64,000 nt of DNA from Octopus sinensis. Its lineage: Eukaryota. A model generated the notes under the pieces. It was given only the letters and a program-made list of their open reading frames with translations, ran no database searches and was not told the DNA's origin. The stretch spans positions 176,204,001 through 176,268,000 of the forward strand of contig NC_042998.1 of NCBI RefSeq assembly GCF_006345805.1. Reading direction: 5' to 3'. Positions 39,005 to 51,713 of this stretch are shown one piece after another (within the stretch, counting starts at the first letter, position 1; each line of letters starts with the position of its first letter). Made by a program: the position numbers and the translations under genes.

Positions 39005-39160
39005 GTCTGTCTTTACGTTCTGAGCTCAAATTCCGCCGAGGTCGACTTTGCCTTTCATTCTTTTGAGATCGATAAATCAAGTACCAGTTGCGTACTGGGG
39101 TTGATCTAATCGACTGGCCCCTCCCCCAAAATTTCGGGCCTTGTGCCTAAAGTAGAAAAG
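39005..39160 (+). mobile_element. SINE family B, 5'-truncated
   Basis: CAAATTCCGCCGAGGTCGACTTTGCCTTTCAT core. Confidence 0.8.
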
Positions 39161-39162
39161 AA

Positions 39163-39196
<34 letters not shown>

Positions 39197-39199
<3 letters not shown>

Positions 39200-40330
39200 T
39201 AGTTTTATTTTTATAGCGTGCTTTCACTTCACTACCGAGCACAGCTCTGTGTGCCTTGGGTATGTGCTGTGATTTGTTGTGATGCTCTGATGGTTATTGT
39301 ATGGAAAGTGTTCTGCGTAGGATGTGTGCAGTGCCTAGTAGTGCAATTTTCTGTATGTTATATGTGTTTGTAAGTCCTGGTGTTTTTGTTATGTATTTGT
39401 CTGAATATTTTTTTATCATGCCTAATGCACCTACTATGATAGGAATTGTTTCTGTTTTCAGATTCCACATTCTAGTTACCTCTATTTCCAGGTCTTTGTA
39501 TTTTGAGAGTTTCTCCATTTCTTTTAGAGACACGTTGTCATCAGCCGGTATTGATACATCAATTAGAAAGCATTTTTTTCCTTCATGATCTCTGACAACT
39601 ATATCTGGTCTGTTGGCCTTAATTTCTCTATCTGTGTGTATCGGCATATCCCAGAGTATGGTTGCTTTCTCGTTTTCTGTGACCTTTTCTGGTGTGTGCC
39701 TACACCATCTTTTTTCTGTTGTTATTCCATAATGTTGGCATAGCTTCCAATGTATGTAGGTTCCAACTCTGTCATGTCTGTGAATATATTCCTTCTTAGC
39801 CAAGACTGGGCAGCTAGAGATAATATGATTTATTGTTTCTTGTCCATCTCCACATATTCTGCAGTTACTTGTAATATTTCTTTTCATTACATTTTTTTGG
39901 TAATTTCTGGTGGGGAGGCTTTGGTCTTGTGCTGCAATTAAAAATCCCTCTGTTTCTGCTTTGAGTCCTGAGCTTCTCAACCATTACTGGGATTTTTCTT
40001 TGTCTATTTCTTTTGCGTTTAGTTTAGTCCAGTATTTACCATGAAGGGGCTTTTCTTGCCATCGTTTTATCATGGTTCGTTGCTGTTCTATTTTTAGTTT
40101 GGATTTCATTTGTTTTATAGCTTTTGTTGTTTCTTCATCTTCTTCTTCTTCTTCTTCTTCTTCATGTTTATTAGGTGGTATGATTTCTTGTTTGTATTTG
40201 TCAGCTTCCTTAAATACTGAGAACAGTTTTTTGTTTTGCTCGTGTTTTGCCGCTATCTGGATCAGTTTTCCTTCCTTCTGAAGTAGATATTTTTGCAGTC
40301 CTATGGTGGTTATTTTATAGTAGTTTTCCA

Positions 40331-40331
<1 letters not shown>
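39197..40331 (-). mobile_element. 5'-truncated R4/Dong-clade LINE (CCHC finger plus restriction-like endonuclease) in (TAA)n
   Basis: One frame with a single stop: 'KPLHGKY', 'ETEGFLIAAQDQSLPTRNY', 'CRICGDGQETINHIISSC', 'RHD', 'RPDIVVRD...LIDVSIP...KLSKYKDL'. ~100-bp 3' UTR; (TAA)n on both sides. Confidence 0.95.
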
Positions 40332-40385
<54 letters not shown>

Positions 40386-40449
40386 TTTAGATAATAGAAC
40401 GTAAATTGAAGCAGATTTGGTTAAAATTTACATCAGATCCATCGTCACG

Positions 40450-41030
40450 TACTGGTAGTCTCGTTGGCCTGTTTTGCATGCGTTGCAGTAGAGGGTAAAT
40501 GCCTTTCCGTTGATATGGTGGGAGACTTCTGCGGGTGTTTTAAGCAGTATTCTTCGGTCTGTACAGCTGCAATACAGATCGAGTAAACTACTAAAGGGAT
40601 TTGAAGGATAAGAACTTTGAGGTGAGAATGAGGTGAGATTCTTAAAAGGGTAATGTCACTCGCCTTGTTAGGGGTAAAAGAAATATCAGAAAACGAGGAT
40701 AGTCAGAATAAGACCAGTGGAGAAATAATCATTTAGCTAAGTTCAACTACCAGAGGGTTCAAGGAGCAGAATGATGAGAAATGTTATAAGATGCTGAACA
40801 AAGAATAACTAAAGCATTGCTGTTGGTAAAAGATGTTCACAGCGTTGTATAACAGTAGATAAATCATGACATGTTGCCTAGAGTAAGACATTGAGACAGA
40901 GTTGCTGATGAGGTGCTGGTGATGTCAAGGTTAGGGAAATGAATAAGAGGATGAATAAATACAACGTAAGCGCAGAAACCATGCCTTTAAGAGGCTGGGA
41001 TACAGTGTGACATGGACAGTAGAGATTATT
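40450..41030 (-). mobile_element. Ancient CR1-like LINE 3' region (very degraded)
   Basis: Weak motif-order resemblance only. Confidence 0.3.
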
Positions 41031-41064
41031 TAAGGAGAGGTGGGGTTATGTGTATATATATATA

Positions 41065-41400
41065 GATAGATATGTTTCTTTATTAGCCACACAGGGTTGC
41101 ACACAGACGGGACAAATTACAAGGTAGAGCTTTTCTTTTTGGGGATAAAAAAGGCGTTTTGGTTTTCGATCAAAAGGGATCGTAAAAGGAAAGAAAGAGG
41201 AAAGCAAAAAAAAAGCGAAAAATGGGGGGGGGGGTAAAAATAAAAGGAAAAAGAAAAATCGATCAATAGGGATCGTTATCACAGAAATGTCAATATAAAG
41301 TGTAAAGGGGAGGACAGGTGAGGTTTACCCGTGGAAACAAGAGCCTACGGAAAAGACCACGGTAACCTCGGTCAATGAAGTCACGTTATATTTTTTTACA
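41065..41400 (-). mobile_element. Probable LINE 3' UTR with AATAAA-containing end
   Basis: The minus strand ends TTTGTCCCGTCTGTGTGCAACCCTGTGTGGCTAATAAAGAAAC, similar to the SINE family B tail. Confidence 0.5.
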
Positions 41401-41479
41401 AATAAGCAACTCTCTGTATTAATTTTTACGGTTCATGGGATCATAGTCAAGGTGGCTTCGTCATTCATACGTGTCATCC

Positions 41480-41541
<62 letters not shown>

Positions 41542-42089
41542 CGAGCAAATCACCCCCCGTCCAATGGACGGTGCTCAATCATATCTGCTGAATAAAAAGC
41601 AATCAGTGTTTTCTTTTCATTAAAAAATAGTTAAGCATGCCTTTATTTCAATAAAATTTTGTGTTTGGTAAACGAAGTTCAGGCAAAAAAAAAAAACTTC
41701 TTGAGAAATCAAATAGTCTTCCCTTCCTTCATGCCAAGTTTGAAGAAAATATCTCTTTTGCATCTTACTTTTTTGGTCTCTTAAATATACTGCATTTTGT
41801 AGCATTATTTCAAGCCAGCCAACTTTTTTTGCGCAAACTGTACGTGCATTTTTCTTGCGTACGCGTAGTATCGATCGCAACAGCTAATGTACTTGCGCGT
41901 ACAAGTGCACGATCCCACGGCTTTATCGATCGCATTCTCTCCTGGAATCGATTTTTGTAATTTTTTTCAAGACTTATACACGCCCTGATACCGTCGGTAT
42001 CTACATATCAAATTTGAGTGCAATCGGATGGAGGATGCCCGAGATCCTAGAAGACACACACAGACAGACAAAACGGATTTTATAATAGA
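41542..42089 (-). mobile_element. Non-autonomous Helitron-like element (second family)
   Basis: Minus 5' end A|TCTATTATAAAA...GTCTGTCTGTG; 3' hairpin CCGTCCATTGGACGG followed by GCTCG|T (a variant of CTAG). Confidence 0.5.
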
Positions 42090-42414
42090 TATATAAAAAA
42101 AGGTGGGGTTTGTAGTTTTAGAAGAGGTGGTATATAACATGAAGATAGCACATAAGTACCAACACATACAAACATGATACATAGTTGCATAACACACACA
42201 CACACACACAGACATGCGCACACAAGGAGACAGAGATGTATACATATACAAACACACGCTCTCACACATACACATACATAGAAAATACACAAACAAAGAC
42301 ATGCAAGCACATGAATATACAGGATACATACATACAGATGGACACACACGCATATATACATACATACACATGCATACATACACCCATACATACGTACATG
42401 CATGCATGCATAGA

Positions 42415-42465
<51 letters not shown>

Positions 42466-42655
42466 ACCTACACACATGCGCACAAACAAACAAAAGGAAT
42501 GCAGTGTAAATAACGGACAGAAAAGGTTGCAAGACGCAACGAAAATTTTAGGAAAATATAAATAAGAGATAAGTGGAAATAAGTGTTATATTATAAGACA
42601 CAAGAAGAAAATGACTCTATCCAGACAACAGAATATTCATATGAATATATATGTA

Positions 42656-42869
42656 GGCGTAAGAGTGGCTGTGTGGTAAGTAGCATTAATGTCTCTGTCC
42701 AGCCCGCAGCTACCTTTATCTGTGTACGACTCTCATGGTCAATTCGATGAAATAAAGTAGCTTGCTGACGAACCATGTGGTTCCAGGTTCAGTCCCACTG
42801 CGTGGCACGTTGGGCAAGTGTCTTCTACTCAAAGCCTTGCGAATGGATTTGGTAGACGGAAACTGAATT

Positions 42870-42901
<32 letters not shown>

Positions 42902-43131
42902 TGTATGTATGTATGTATGTATGTATGTGTGTGTATAAGTTTTTGTGTTTGTGTTTGTCCCCCCAACATCGCTTGACAACCGATGTTAGTGTGTTTACGT
43001 CCCCGTCAGTTAGCGGTTCGGCAAAAGAGATCGATAGAATAAGTACTAGGGTTACAAAAAAATAAGTCCTGGGGTCGATTTGCTCGATTAAAGGCGGTGC
43101 TCAAGCATGGCCACAGTCATTGCAAGCAAGT
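42656..43131 (+). mobile_element. SINE family A
   Basis: GGCGTAAGAGTGGCTGTGTGGTAAG head through the GGCGGTGCTCAAGCATGGCCACAG tail; ~70-bp insertion in the head. Confidence 0.85.
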
Positions 43132-45600
43132 ACAGGTGGAGTCCCTGCTCAACCTCACCAATGCCTTATTCATGGAGCATGTTGTACTCAAGCCAACTAG
43201 GGCGAATAACATTCTGGATCTCTGCTTCACGAACAATATGGACATCATTCATGACGTGAAAGTGACACCGACATCAGTTTCGGATCACAACATAATAGAG
43301 CTGTCTATGTTTGGGCCGAAAGTAACCAGAGACATACAGCCTAAAGGAAGCACCCGAAATCTCTCCAATCTGAACTTCCACAAAGCAGATTGGAAATCGA
43401 TCCAAAAAGAGATCCTCAGAGAGGACTGGCCGGAATGTCTCTCCACACCAGACATTGACATGAAACTAGAATGTTTCAGTGCAAGCCGTATGCCAGAAAT
43501 ATGTCCCAGAGCACAAGGCCAAAACAAATAGGAGCAAGATTCCAAGAGACAGGAAGATCCTCATGAGACGACGGACGAAGGTTGCAAATCGTCTCAACCA
43601 ACATGGAGATCGAAAAAAGGCTGCAACAATCCTATGTGAAGGAGAAAGCAGACAAAGAAGCCTGGGTTATAAAAAACATTAAATCAAACCCAAAGGCCTT
43701 CTTTCATTATGCGAAAGAAACAGTCTCAGTGCACTACAAGATAGGACCCCTCCTCCAAAAGGATGGCTCCCTCACAGACAGTCCAACTATGATCAGTGAG
43801 ATGCTGAATGACCAGTTCAAAAGTGTCTTTACCACTTGGGACACAGACAAGTGAACGAACCAGTGGACTTCTTTGCCGCCTCACCTATAACCAGCGAGGC
43901 GGTTACAATAGAATGTATTGACATTAGCGAAAAAGACGTCCTACTAGCCATAGATGAAGTGGACACAAACTCAGCTGCTGGTCTAGACGGTTTCCCAGCC
44001 ATCCTCCTCAAAGCGTGTAAGCAGGCCCTGGCAAAACCCCTCAAGATTCCCTTCCAGAGCTTTCTTGCGAATGGCAAACTGCCAAGCAAGCTGAAGGAGG
44101 GAATAATATGCCCAATACATAAAGGGAGAAGTAGATCAGATGCCAAAAACTATAGGCCTATCTCTCTGATTTCACACATTAGCAAAGTCATGGAACGGAT
44201 AGTCAGAAAGAAACTAATCGCATTCCTTGAGGAAAATAACTTGCTGAGTAATACCCAGCATGGTTTTCGACCAGGTAGGAGCTGCCTGACCCAGCTCTTA
44301 CAGCATTATGACTGGGTGTTGAGGCAGTTACTCAACAAATCAAATGTGGACGTGATCTACCTTGATTTTGAAAAAGCTTTTGACAAGGTGGATCATGGTA
44401 TGATATGCCACAAACTACGTGACCTCGGCATAGCTGGGAAACTTGGAGTGTGGTTGCATGACTTCCTGAAAGATAGGAGTCAGGCAGTAGTGGTTAATGG
44501 AGCCACCTCTATGAACACACAAATAGTGAGCGGTGTTCCACAGGGCACTGTCTTGGGACCACTGCTTTTTATTGTGGCCCTCTCAGATATGCCCTCAAAT
44601 GCCCGGATAGCCACTCTGGCCAGCTATGCAGACGATACGAAAGTCTCGCAGAAAATACAGAACCCCAGCGATGTTGCACACCTGTAGCAGGAGTTAACTC
44701 AATCTACAGATGGGCTGAGGATAATAATATGCAGTTTAATGCTGAAAAATTCCAGCCCTGCGCTACCAGCATCCAAAACTGAATATTAAACTTACAGGAT
44801 ACACCGGTCCACAGGGAATTTCAATCCAGAGCCTAATCTGTGAGGGACCTGGGTATCGACATGAGTGATGATACCTCTTTCCAAGTTGCACATTACCAGG
44901 ATGGCGACAAAGTGCAGACGACTGGCTGGGTGGATCCTATGAACATTCAGAACCAGAGATAAGGAAACATGATGGTCCTCTGGCGGACATTCGTCCTCAG
45001 TCGCCTGGATTACTGCTCACAGCTATGGTCACCCACCAGTTTAAAATTAACAGCGGACCTTGAAGCAATCCAGAGAAGATTCACAAAGAAGATCGTCTCT
45101 TTGCAACAGCTCAGCTACTGGGAAAGGTGAAACAGCTAAGACTCTACTCCCTGGAGAGAAGACGGGAGAGGTATGCAGTGATATATGTCTGGAAGATCTT
45201 GGAAGGAATTGTGCCAAATTTTGGCATTGTAAGCTACACCAATGATAGAACGGGACGACACTGCATAGTGCCAAATATCCCAGCAATGCCATCACGCTTC
45301 AGGACCAGCTTCTGCAACAGCCTGGGTTTCAAGGGCCCACAGCTTTTTAATATTCTCCCAAAGAGTCTGAGGAACTTGCACAAAGTAGATGTAGCGGTTT
45401 TTAAATCAAAGCTGGACACCTTCCTGTCAAGAGTCCCAGATAAACCTACCACACGGCAAGAGGTGCAAATGAGAGTAGGTGTATCAAACTCCATTCTTCA
45501 CCAAGTGCCACATATTAGACGAGGTTCGTCGTAATAACAGTGTAGCACAAACCGGCGGTGCATCAACATGGCCGCAGCCCTGAGCTGAAACTAGAAAAAT
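43132..45600 (+). mobile_element. CR1/L2-group LINE ORF2 remnant (APE C-terminus plus RT), frameshifted
   Basis: 'PTRANNILDLCFTN...SDHNII' (APE end), RT motifs including 'YADD' in ORF 43836-44687, 'SLERRRERY' and 'FKGPQLFNILP', and a 3' tail like that at 33133. Confidence 0.95.
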
Positions 45601-45609
45601 ATATTATAT

Positions 45610-45680
<71 letters not shown>

Positions 45681-45736
45681 ATTATATGTATATATATATA
45701 TTATATAATATATATCTATATATATATTATATGTCC

Positions 45737-46057
45737 TATTACTTGTTTCAGTCATTTGACTGCGGCCATGTTGGAGCACCGCCTTTAGTCGAGCAAATCG
45801 ACCCCGGATTTATTCTTTGTAGGCCCAGTACTTATTCTATCGGTATCTTTTGCCGCGAACCGCTAAGTGACGGGGACGTTAAACACACCAGCATCGGTTG
45901 TCAAGCAATGCTAGGGGGACAAAGACAGACACCAAACACACACACACACACACACACCATAATATAATTATACATATATACGACAGGCTTCTTTCAGTTT
46001 CCGTTCTACCAAATCCACTCACAAGGCATTGGTTAGCAAGCTCCTTACCACATAGCC
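45737..46057 (-). mobile_element. SINE family A with head deletion
   Basis: Collinear with 3198-3626. Confidence 0.85.
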
Positions 46058-46366
46058 ACTATATTTATATATATATTATAGATATTATATATATATACTT
46101 ATATATATATTTATATTATATGTATATATAGATATATATATAATTATATATATTTATATATATATTTATATATATATATATATTTCATATATATATATTA
46201 TATATATATTATTATATATATATATTATTATCTATATTATATATATATTATATATATTATATTTAATATATATATATATTTTATATAATATAGTTATAAA
46301 TATTTATTTATATATATATTTATATATATTTATATATATATATATTATTATATATTATATATATAT

Positions 46367-46397
<31 letters not shown>

Positions 46398-47592
46398 ATA
46401 TATATAGTCATACATATGTGAATACGGGGTGCGCGCGTGCAAGCGTGGGTGTCTGCTTTTCCCATTTGTGTCTGTCTAAGTCTGCCTCTTGTCAATGGCG
46501 TCGATCGACTATAGCCGCAGCTACGATTATACGACGTGCATTTATGATAAAACTTCAAGCATTCTAGCTCCGACCATTTCCAAGTATGACAGAGCTGGTA
46601 AGTTGAATAGCAGCTATTAGATGCAGACTCTGTTGGGAGTCGTTTCGCTGCCCTATGCCATACTTTGCTCCAATCTGCATAGGGCATAGTAACCTGCACT
46701 TTACACAGTGTTTATGTTATTGTAAACCGAATGCATTTCATTCTGTCCCTCACTCGCCCTTCCACTCTCTCTCTTTCTCTCTCTCTCTCACTTTGCCTGT
46801 CTCCCTTTTTCTTCGTTTCCTCTCATGCACACGCGTACAATTATATATGTTAACAGCAAATGCACAAATGCATGCACTCTTACTGAATTTGGCGGCTTTG
46901 TTATTATTTTTATTTATCTAGTTTTCATTTTTTTCCTTTGCTTCACTCACACGCACAAGCACACACACATGTATGTATATGTATATACTTATATATTTAT
47001 ATATATATCGATTTATCTACTTTTATGCATTTATTACTGCCAGCCTTGCTTATTGGATGGTTAAAAATTCAGTAACACTGCTTTTAAGTTTGCCTGGATT
47101 CCATACTTACCCATAAATGGCAGTACACATACAGAAGCTCAAACGCTCTCTCTCTCTTCTTTTCTCTTTCTCTTTCTTTCTCTCTTTTTCACAGACACAC
47201 ACATACACATACACACGCAGCCACACGTACACATACGCACATATATATGTACAGATACACGCAGATACCCATACGCTGACATAGAGCTGCATGTACACAC
47301 ACACGAATGTGTAGATGTACATACATATTAACATATGTAGATGAAGCTACATGTTATGCTGATAGTTATCTACATACAAACATGAGTGCATTTACATATA
47401 AACATACATACATACATATGTATGCATGTATATATGTATGTATGTATGTATATATATATTATATATATATAACACCACACACACCACACACACACATAGC
47501 TATATTATATATATAAACACTATATATAAAATAAAGTGATGTAGATATATGATATATAAGTGGAAGTTGGATATACATACATGTTATGTGTG

Positions 47593-47638
<46 letters not shown>

Positions 47639-48150
47639 TATAAAATAAAGTGGATGTAGGATATATGTGTATATAAGTGGAAGTTGGATATACACACATG
47701 CATATGTGTGTATGTATATATATATATGCATATACATGCATACATATATATACGTATATAGATAAATGGATGGGGTGTTGGATGAGTGCGTGTTTATCTA
47801 TGCATATGTATCTGGGTGTAGTGCATTTAAATGTATATACGCTACCCAATTATTGTCGGTATATATATTATTTATTGCATATACAAACGTATATATGCGT
47901 GAAAATGCATCGTGTTAAGCAATAAACTATGGTGTAGATAATGTGAAATTGTTTAAGCGCCAATAGACCTATATTGTTAAATTAGTAATGTCGTGTGCTG
48001 CACAACAACAGGTGAGTTTCCGGTGAGTAGAATTCACGACCTGATTTCGATTTCCGGTTGATGTGATTTCACTTCACTTAAATATGGCAAAAACAACACA
48101 GCTTCTCAGTAAGAGCCCTCAGACTTTCTCTACTCCTCTCACTCTCCCTC

Positions 48151-48204
<54 letters not shown>

Positions 48205-48486
48205 CATATACATAGATATATATATATATATAATATATATATATATCGTGTACGATATATATATATATACGCAACCCTATATATATAATTATACATACAC
48301 ACACATACATACCACACACACACATACACATACACACAGGTAATCTTTATAAAGTGCCAATTAAAGTGCATGACATATAACTATTGTGTTATAACTACAT
48401 ATATACCATTACACTCCGATAGAAAAGGATATGAAACGGGTTTGTTTTATTATAGCGTAATTATTACATGCTACGTGCCTCATTGG

Positions 48487-48520
<34 letters not shown>

Positions 48521-48522
<2 letters not shown>

Positions 48523-48826
48523 CACCGTGATCACCGTGATCGACCAGGCTATCAGATGTTGCTACACATCGCTGGTCACAATGCGCTTCGCATTGTTTTA
48601 GCCTTCAAAGGACGCCACCCTGCTGGCTAAGCGAGCAGGCCAACAGAAGAAAGAGTGAGAGAAAGTTGTAGCGAAAGAGTACAGCAGGGATCGCCACCAT
48701 CCCCTGCCGGAGCCTCGTGGAGCTTTTAGGTGTTTTCGCTCAATAAACACTCACAACGCTTGGTCTGGAAATGGAAACCGCGATCCTACGACCGCGAGTC
48801 CGCTGCCCTAATCACTGGGCCATTGC
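48521..48826 (-). mobile_element. SINE family C with a third tail type, ending (GATCACGGT)n
   Basis: Head and body match 31363-31545; the tail is unrelated. Confidence 0.85.
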
Positions 48827-50479
48827 ATATATGTAAATACCTATATATTTATGTATATATACATGCATATATGGGTACAGGACATAAAAAAACATAGAAA
48901 CGAACTATTTTTCCGGACAACGTCAAAAAATAACCAAACAAACAGAGAAACGAGACATACAACATAAAGAATATTCCACTTCTTCAGTTGTCCCTGTTTC
49001 ATCTACTCCGCGTTTTTTCGAAGGCAAGGACAATACGCGACTTCTTTGAAACATTCCTTCCCGCAAAGCAAATTAAGTAAAATTAGGGATTTTTTGCGGA
49101 GAGTGAAAGTGGTAATAAGAACAGGACAGTGAGAACAAAACAGTAAAAACAGACGATATATATATAATATATCTTTATCTTTCTTTATCTTTATCTAGTT
49201 TCAGCTCACGAGCTGTGGCCATGCTGGGGCACCGCCATATATAGAATTATCTTCTCTTCTACTCTGATCAAATGATTTCAAAGAGAAGCCACCATAGTTA
49301 CAGAGAAAGACATACAACTAACAACAATAAACTACTCTGAAAGTTTATACAACAGACTGAATTTACAGAACTAGCCAACCCACACTTAAATGCTGAAACC
49401 CTAAAAATAAAACAAGAAAATTTAGCATGAAAATGAACTCACACATATATATATATACACACACACACACAATGTGCATGTGTGTGAGCGTGTGTGTGTG
49501 TGTACTAGAATTTTAGTGGCTGTGTATAGTGAAGAATTATATGGTATTTCACTTCGGCCGAACTCCACGAATGAGTAGATAACCGATTAAATCGAATCTA
49601 ATCATTGGCGCTACCTATTTCATTACTTTTGGACAATTTTCGTAAGTTAGTCCACGATAATTCCGAACATAGAACGTAGAGGGACAATAAAATCCTAAAA
49701 AGAATTCGGTCCTCTGCTCTACTGTTACTGCAACCAACAAACCTTACCGTTTTCACTCGATCGCTACACAACAATTCGCTACGTTTTTGGGGAAGGAATA
49801 ACGCTCTTAAATCCTGTTTTGTCTTAATACATCTTAAGCCTTGTGTATCTGTATTGAAAATGTATTTTAAATTTGGCGTGGAGGATAACTTAAAGCTTAT
49901 TTCCCATTTTGATTTTTAGTTAAATATATTTTATGTTACTCATGCCGCTAATATCTTTATAACTTTCGTTTAACATTTGAAGTAATTCGTAGCATTGTCT
50001 CAGTATCAGAAATCTATAAATGATTGACTTGAGAGCAATGAATAAAAGATGGTGAAATAAAAACAGGTATATGGTATTACTGTTCGTGCAAAATGTGGTC
50101 TATGAGCCTGGTAACGTGAAATCGATATTTTATTGCTTTCAGTCATTTCGACATCTGACTTAGGTTTCTGCAGATTGTAGTGAATGAAAGTATTTCTTTC
50201 GTTAAATAGAAAGCTTGTCTTTTGCAAATACGCTTTAGTTGTTGTGCTTGTTACTTATACGCCAGAAGTTTTAGTAGCCGAGCCAAGTATAGAGGCACAC
50301 ACACACACAAAAAACGAAAAACCAATCCTACAATAGAAATATGTGCTTATACATATACACATGCAAACTCATACGCATACACACCCATGCGCATACATAT
50401 ACCATGCATACATACATCGACATATATGTGTGTGTGTGAGAGAGAGGCTGTGAGCTGGGAGAATCTTTAGGTAGGCATA

Positions 50480-50650
50480 TAAAATGCTTAGAGGCATTTC
50501 GTCCGAATTTTTACGTTTAGGGTTCAAATTCCGCCGAGTTTGACTTTGCCTTCCGTCCTTTTGAAGTCGATAAAATAAGTACCAGTGAAATACTGGGTTG
50601 ATGTAATCGACTTACCCACGCCTTTAAAATTGCTGGCCTTGTACTGAAAT
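50480..50650 (+). mobile_element. SINE family B
   Basis: GGTTCAAATTCCGCCGAG...CTTTGCCTTCC core. Confidence 0.75.
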
Positions 50651-50708
50651 TTGAAACGTGTGTGTGTGTTGTGTGTGCATGTGTCTGTGTGTGCGTGTGC
50701 ATGCGTGC

Positions 50709-50749
<41 letters not shown>

Positions 50750-51499
50750 GACACATTTGATCATTATTCAGTTCAATCTGGGTGACCTGGAGTTAAACAG
50801 TATTATTAAGACTTTGAGACGATAACAATAAATTCAATAACAGTGATACAAGGCAACATTTTTATCAACCATGCACGCAAAAGTACGCTGTGAATTCAAC
50901 ATACAGAAATTGAAGCGCAATTGCAAACTAGGAGCTAAGGGAAAGAACTCGAGTGAGTCAATTCGAAAAGTTGATGAAGTACTGAATACCGTACGCAAAA
51001 ACAACATAAAAATCATAAGGGATTGAGATTTACCTTTTAGTTGGAAAGAGAAAACAAAGCCTTGGTTGGTGACAAGGGGAGCAGAAAATTGAATTTCATG
51101 CTTAAGGAGAACATTGAGTTTCTGTTAGCTAGCAAGGGGACAGTAAAGGACAGTATTTAGCATTGTTAGTCCTCATCAGTGAAGCGTAGTCTTCTCACTC
51201 AGTTTTAACGGTTAAAAGAAATGTCTAAACTAGGAAAGGGAATGTAGGAAAGATTATTTGCCGACATAACATGGCAGTCCCAGTTTAGGACGAATGTTGC
51301 TGTAATCTAGCCCCAGGACTGCCATGCTATGTTGGCAAATAATCTTTACTCCAAAGTACTGTTGCTGAATATCTCTCGTTGCGAGATTTACAAATAGTAA
51401 TTTTCTAGGAAAGGGAATGTTTATATTTTTTGCTGGTAAGCAACGTTTAAGTAGTTTAAGTTAATTCAGTGAGCTCGTATTTTTTACCATTAGAAACTG

Positions 51500-51662
51500 T
51501 TGGTATCTTTACGTCGCCATCATTTAGCGGTTCGGCAAAGAGACCCATAGAAGAACTATCAGGTTTAAAAAAAAAGAACAAGTGCTGGGGTCGGTTCGTT
51601 TGACTAAAATTCCTTAAGGTGGAGCCCCAGCATGGCTGCAACCTAATGACTGTAAGAAGAAA
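51500..51662 (+). mobile_element. SINE family A 3' half
   Basis: GCGGTTCGGCAAAGAGACC...GGTGGAGCCCCAGCATGGCTGCA. Confidence 0.75.
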
Positions 51663-51713
51663 AAGATATATATATATATATTAGGTCATCCCATAAGTTC
51701 TGTCCGATTTTAC

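Noticed and set aside
46650-46690. 10-bp hairpin TGCCCTATGC/GCATAGGGCA as a pre-miRNA
   Set aside because: The stem does not extend to the length needed.
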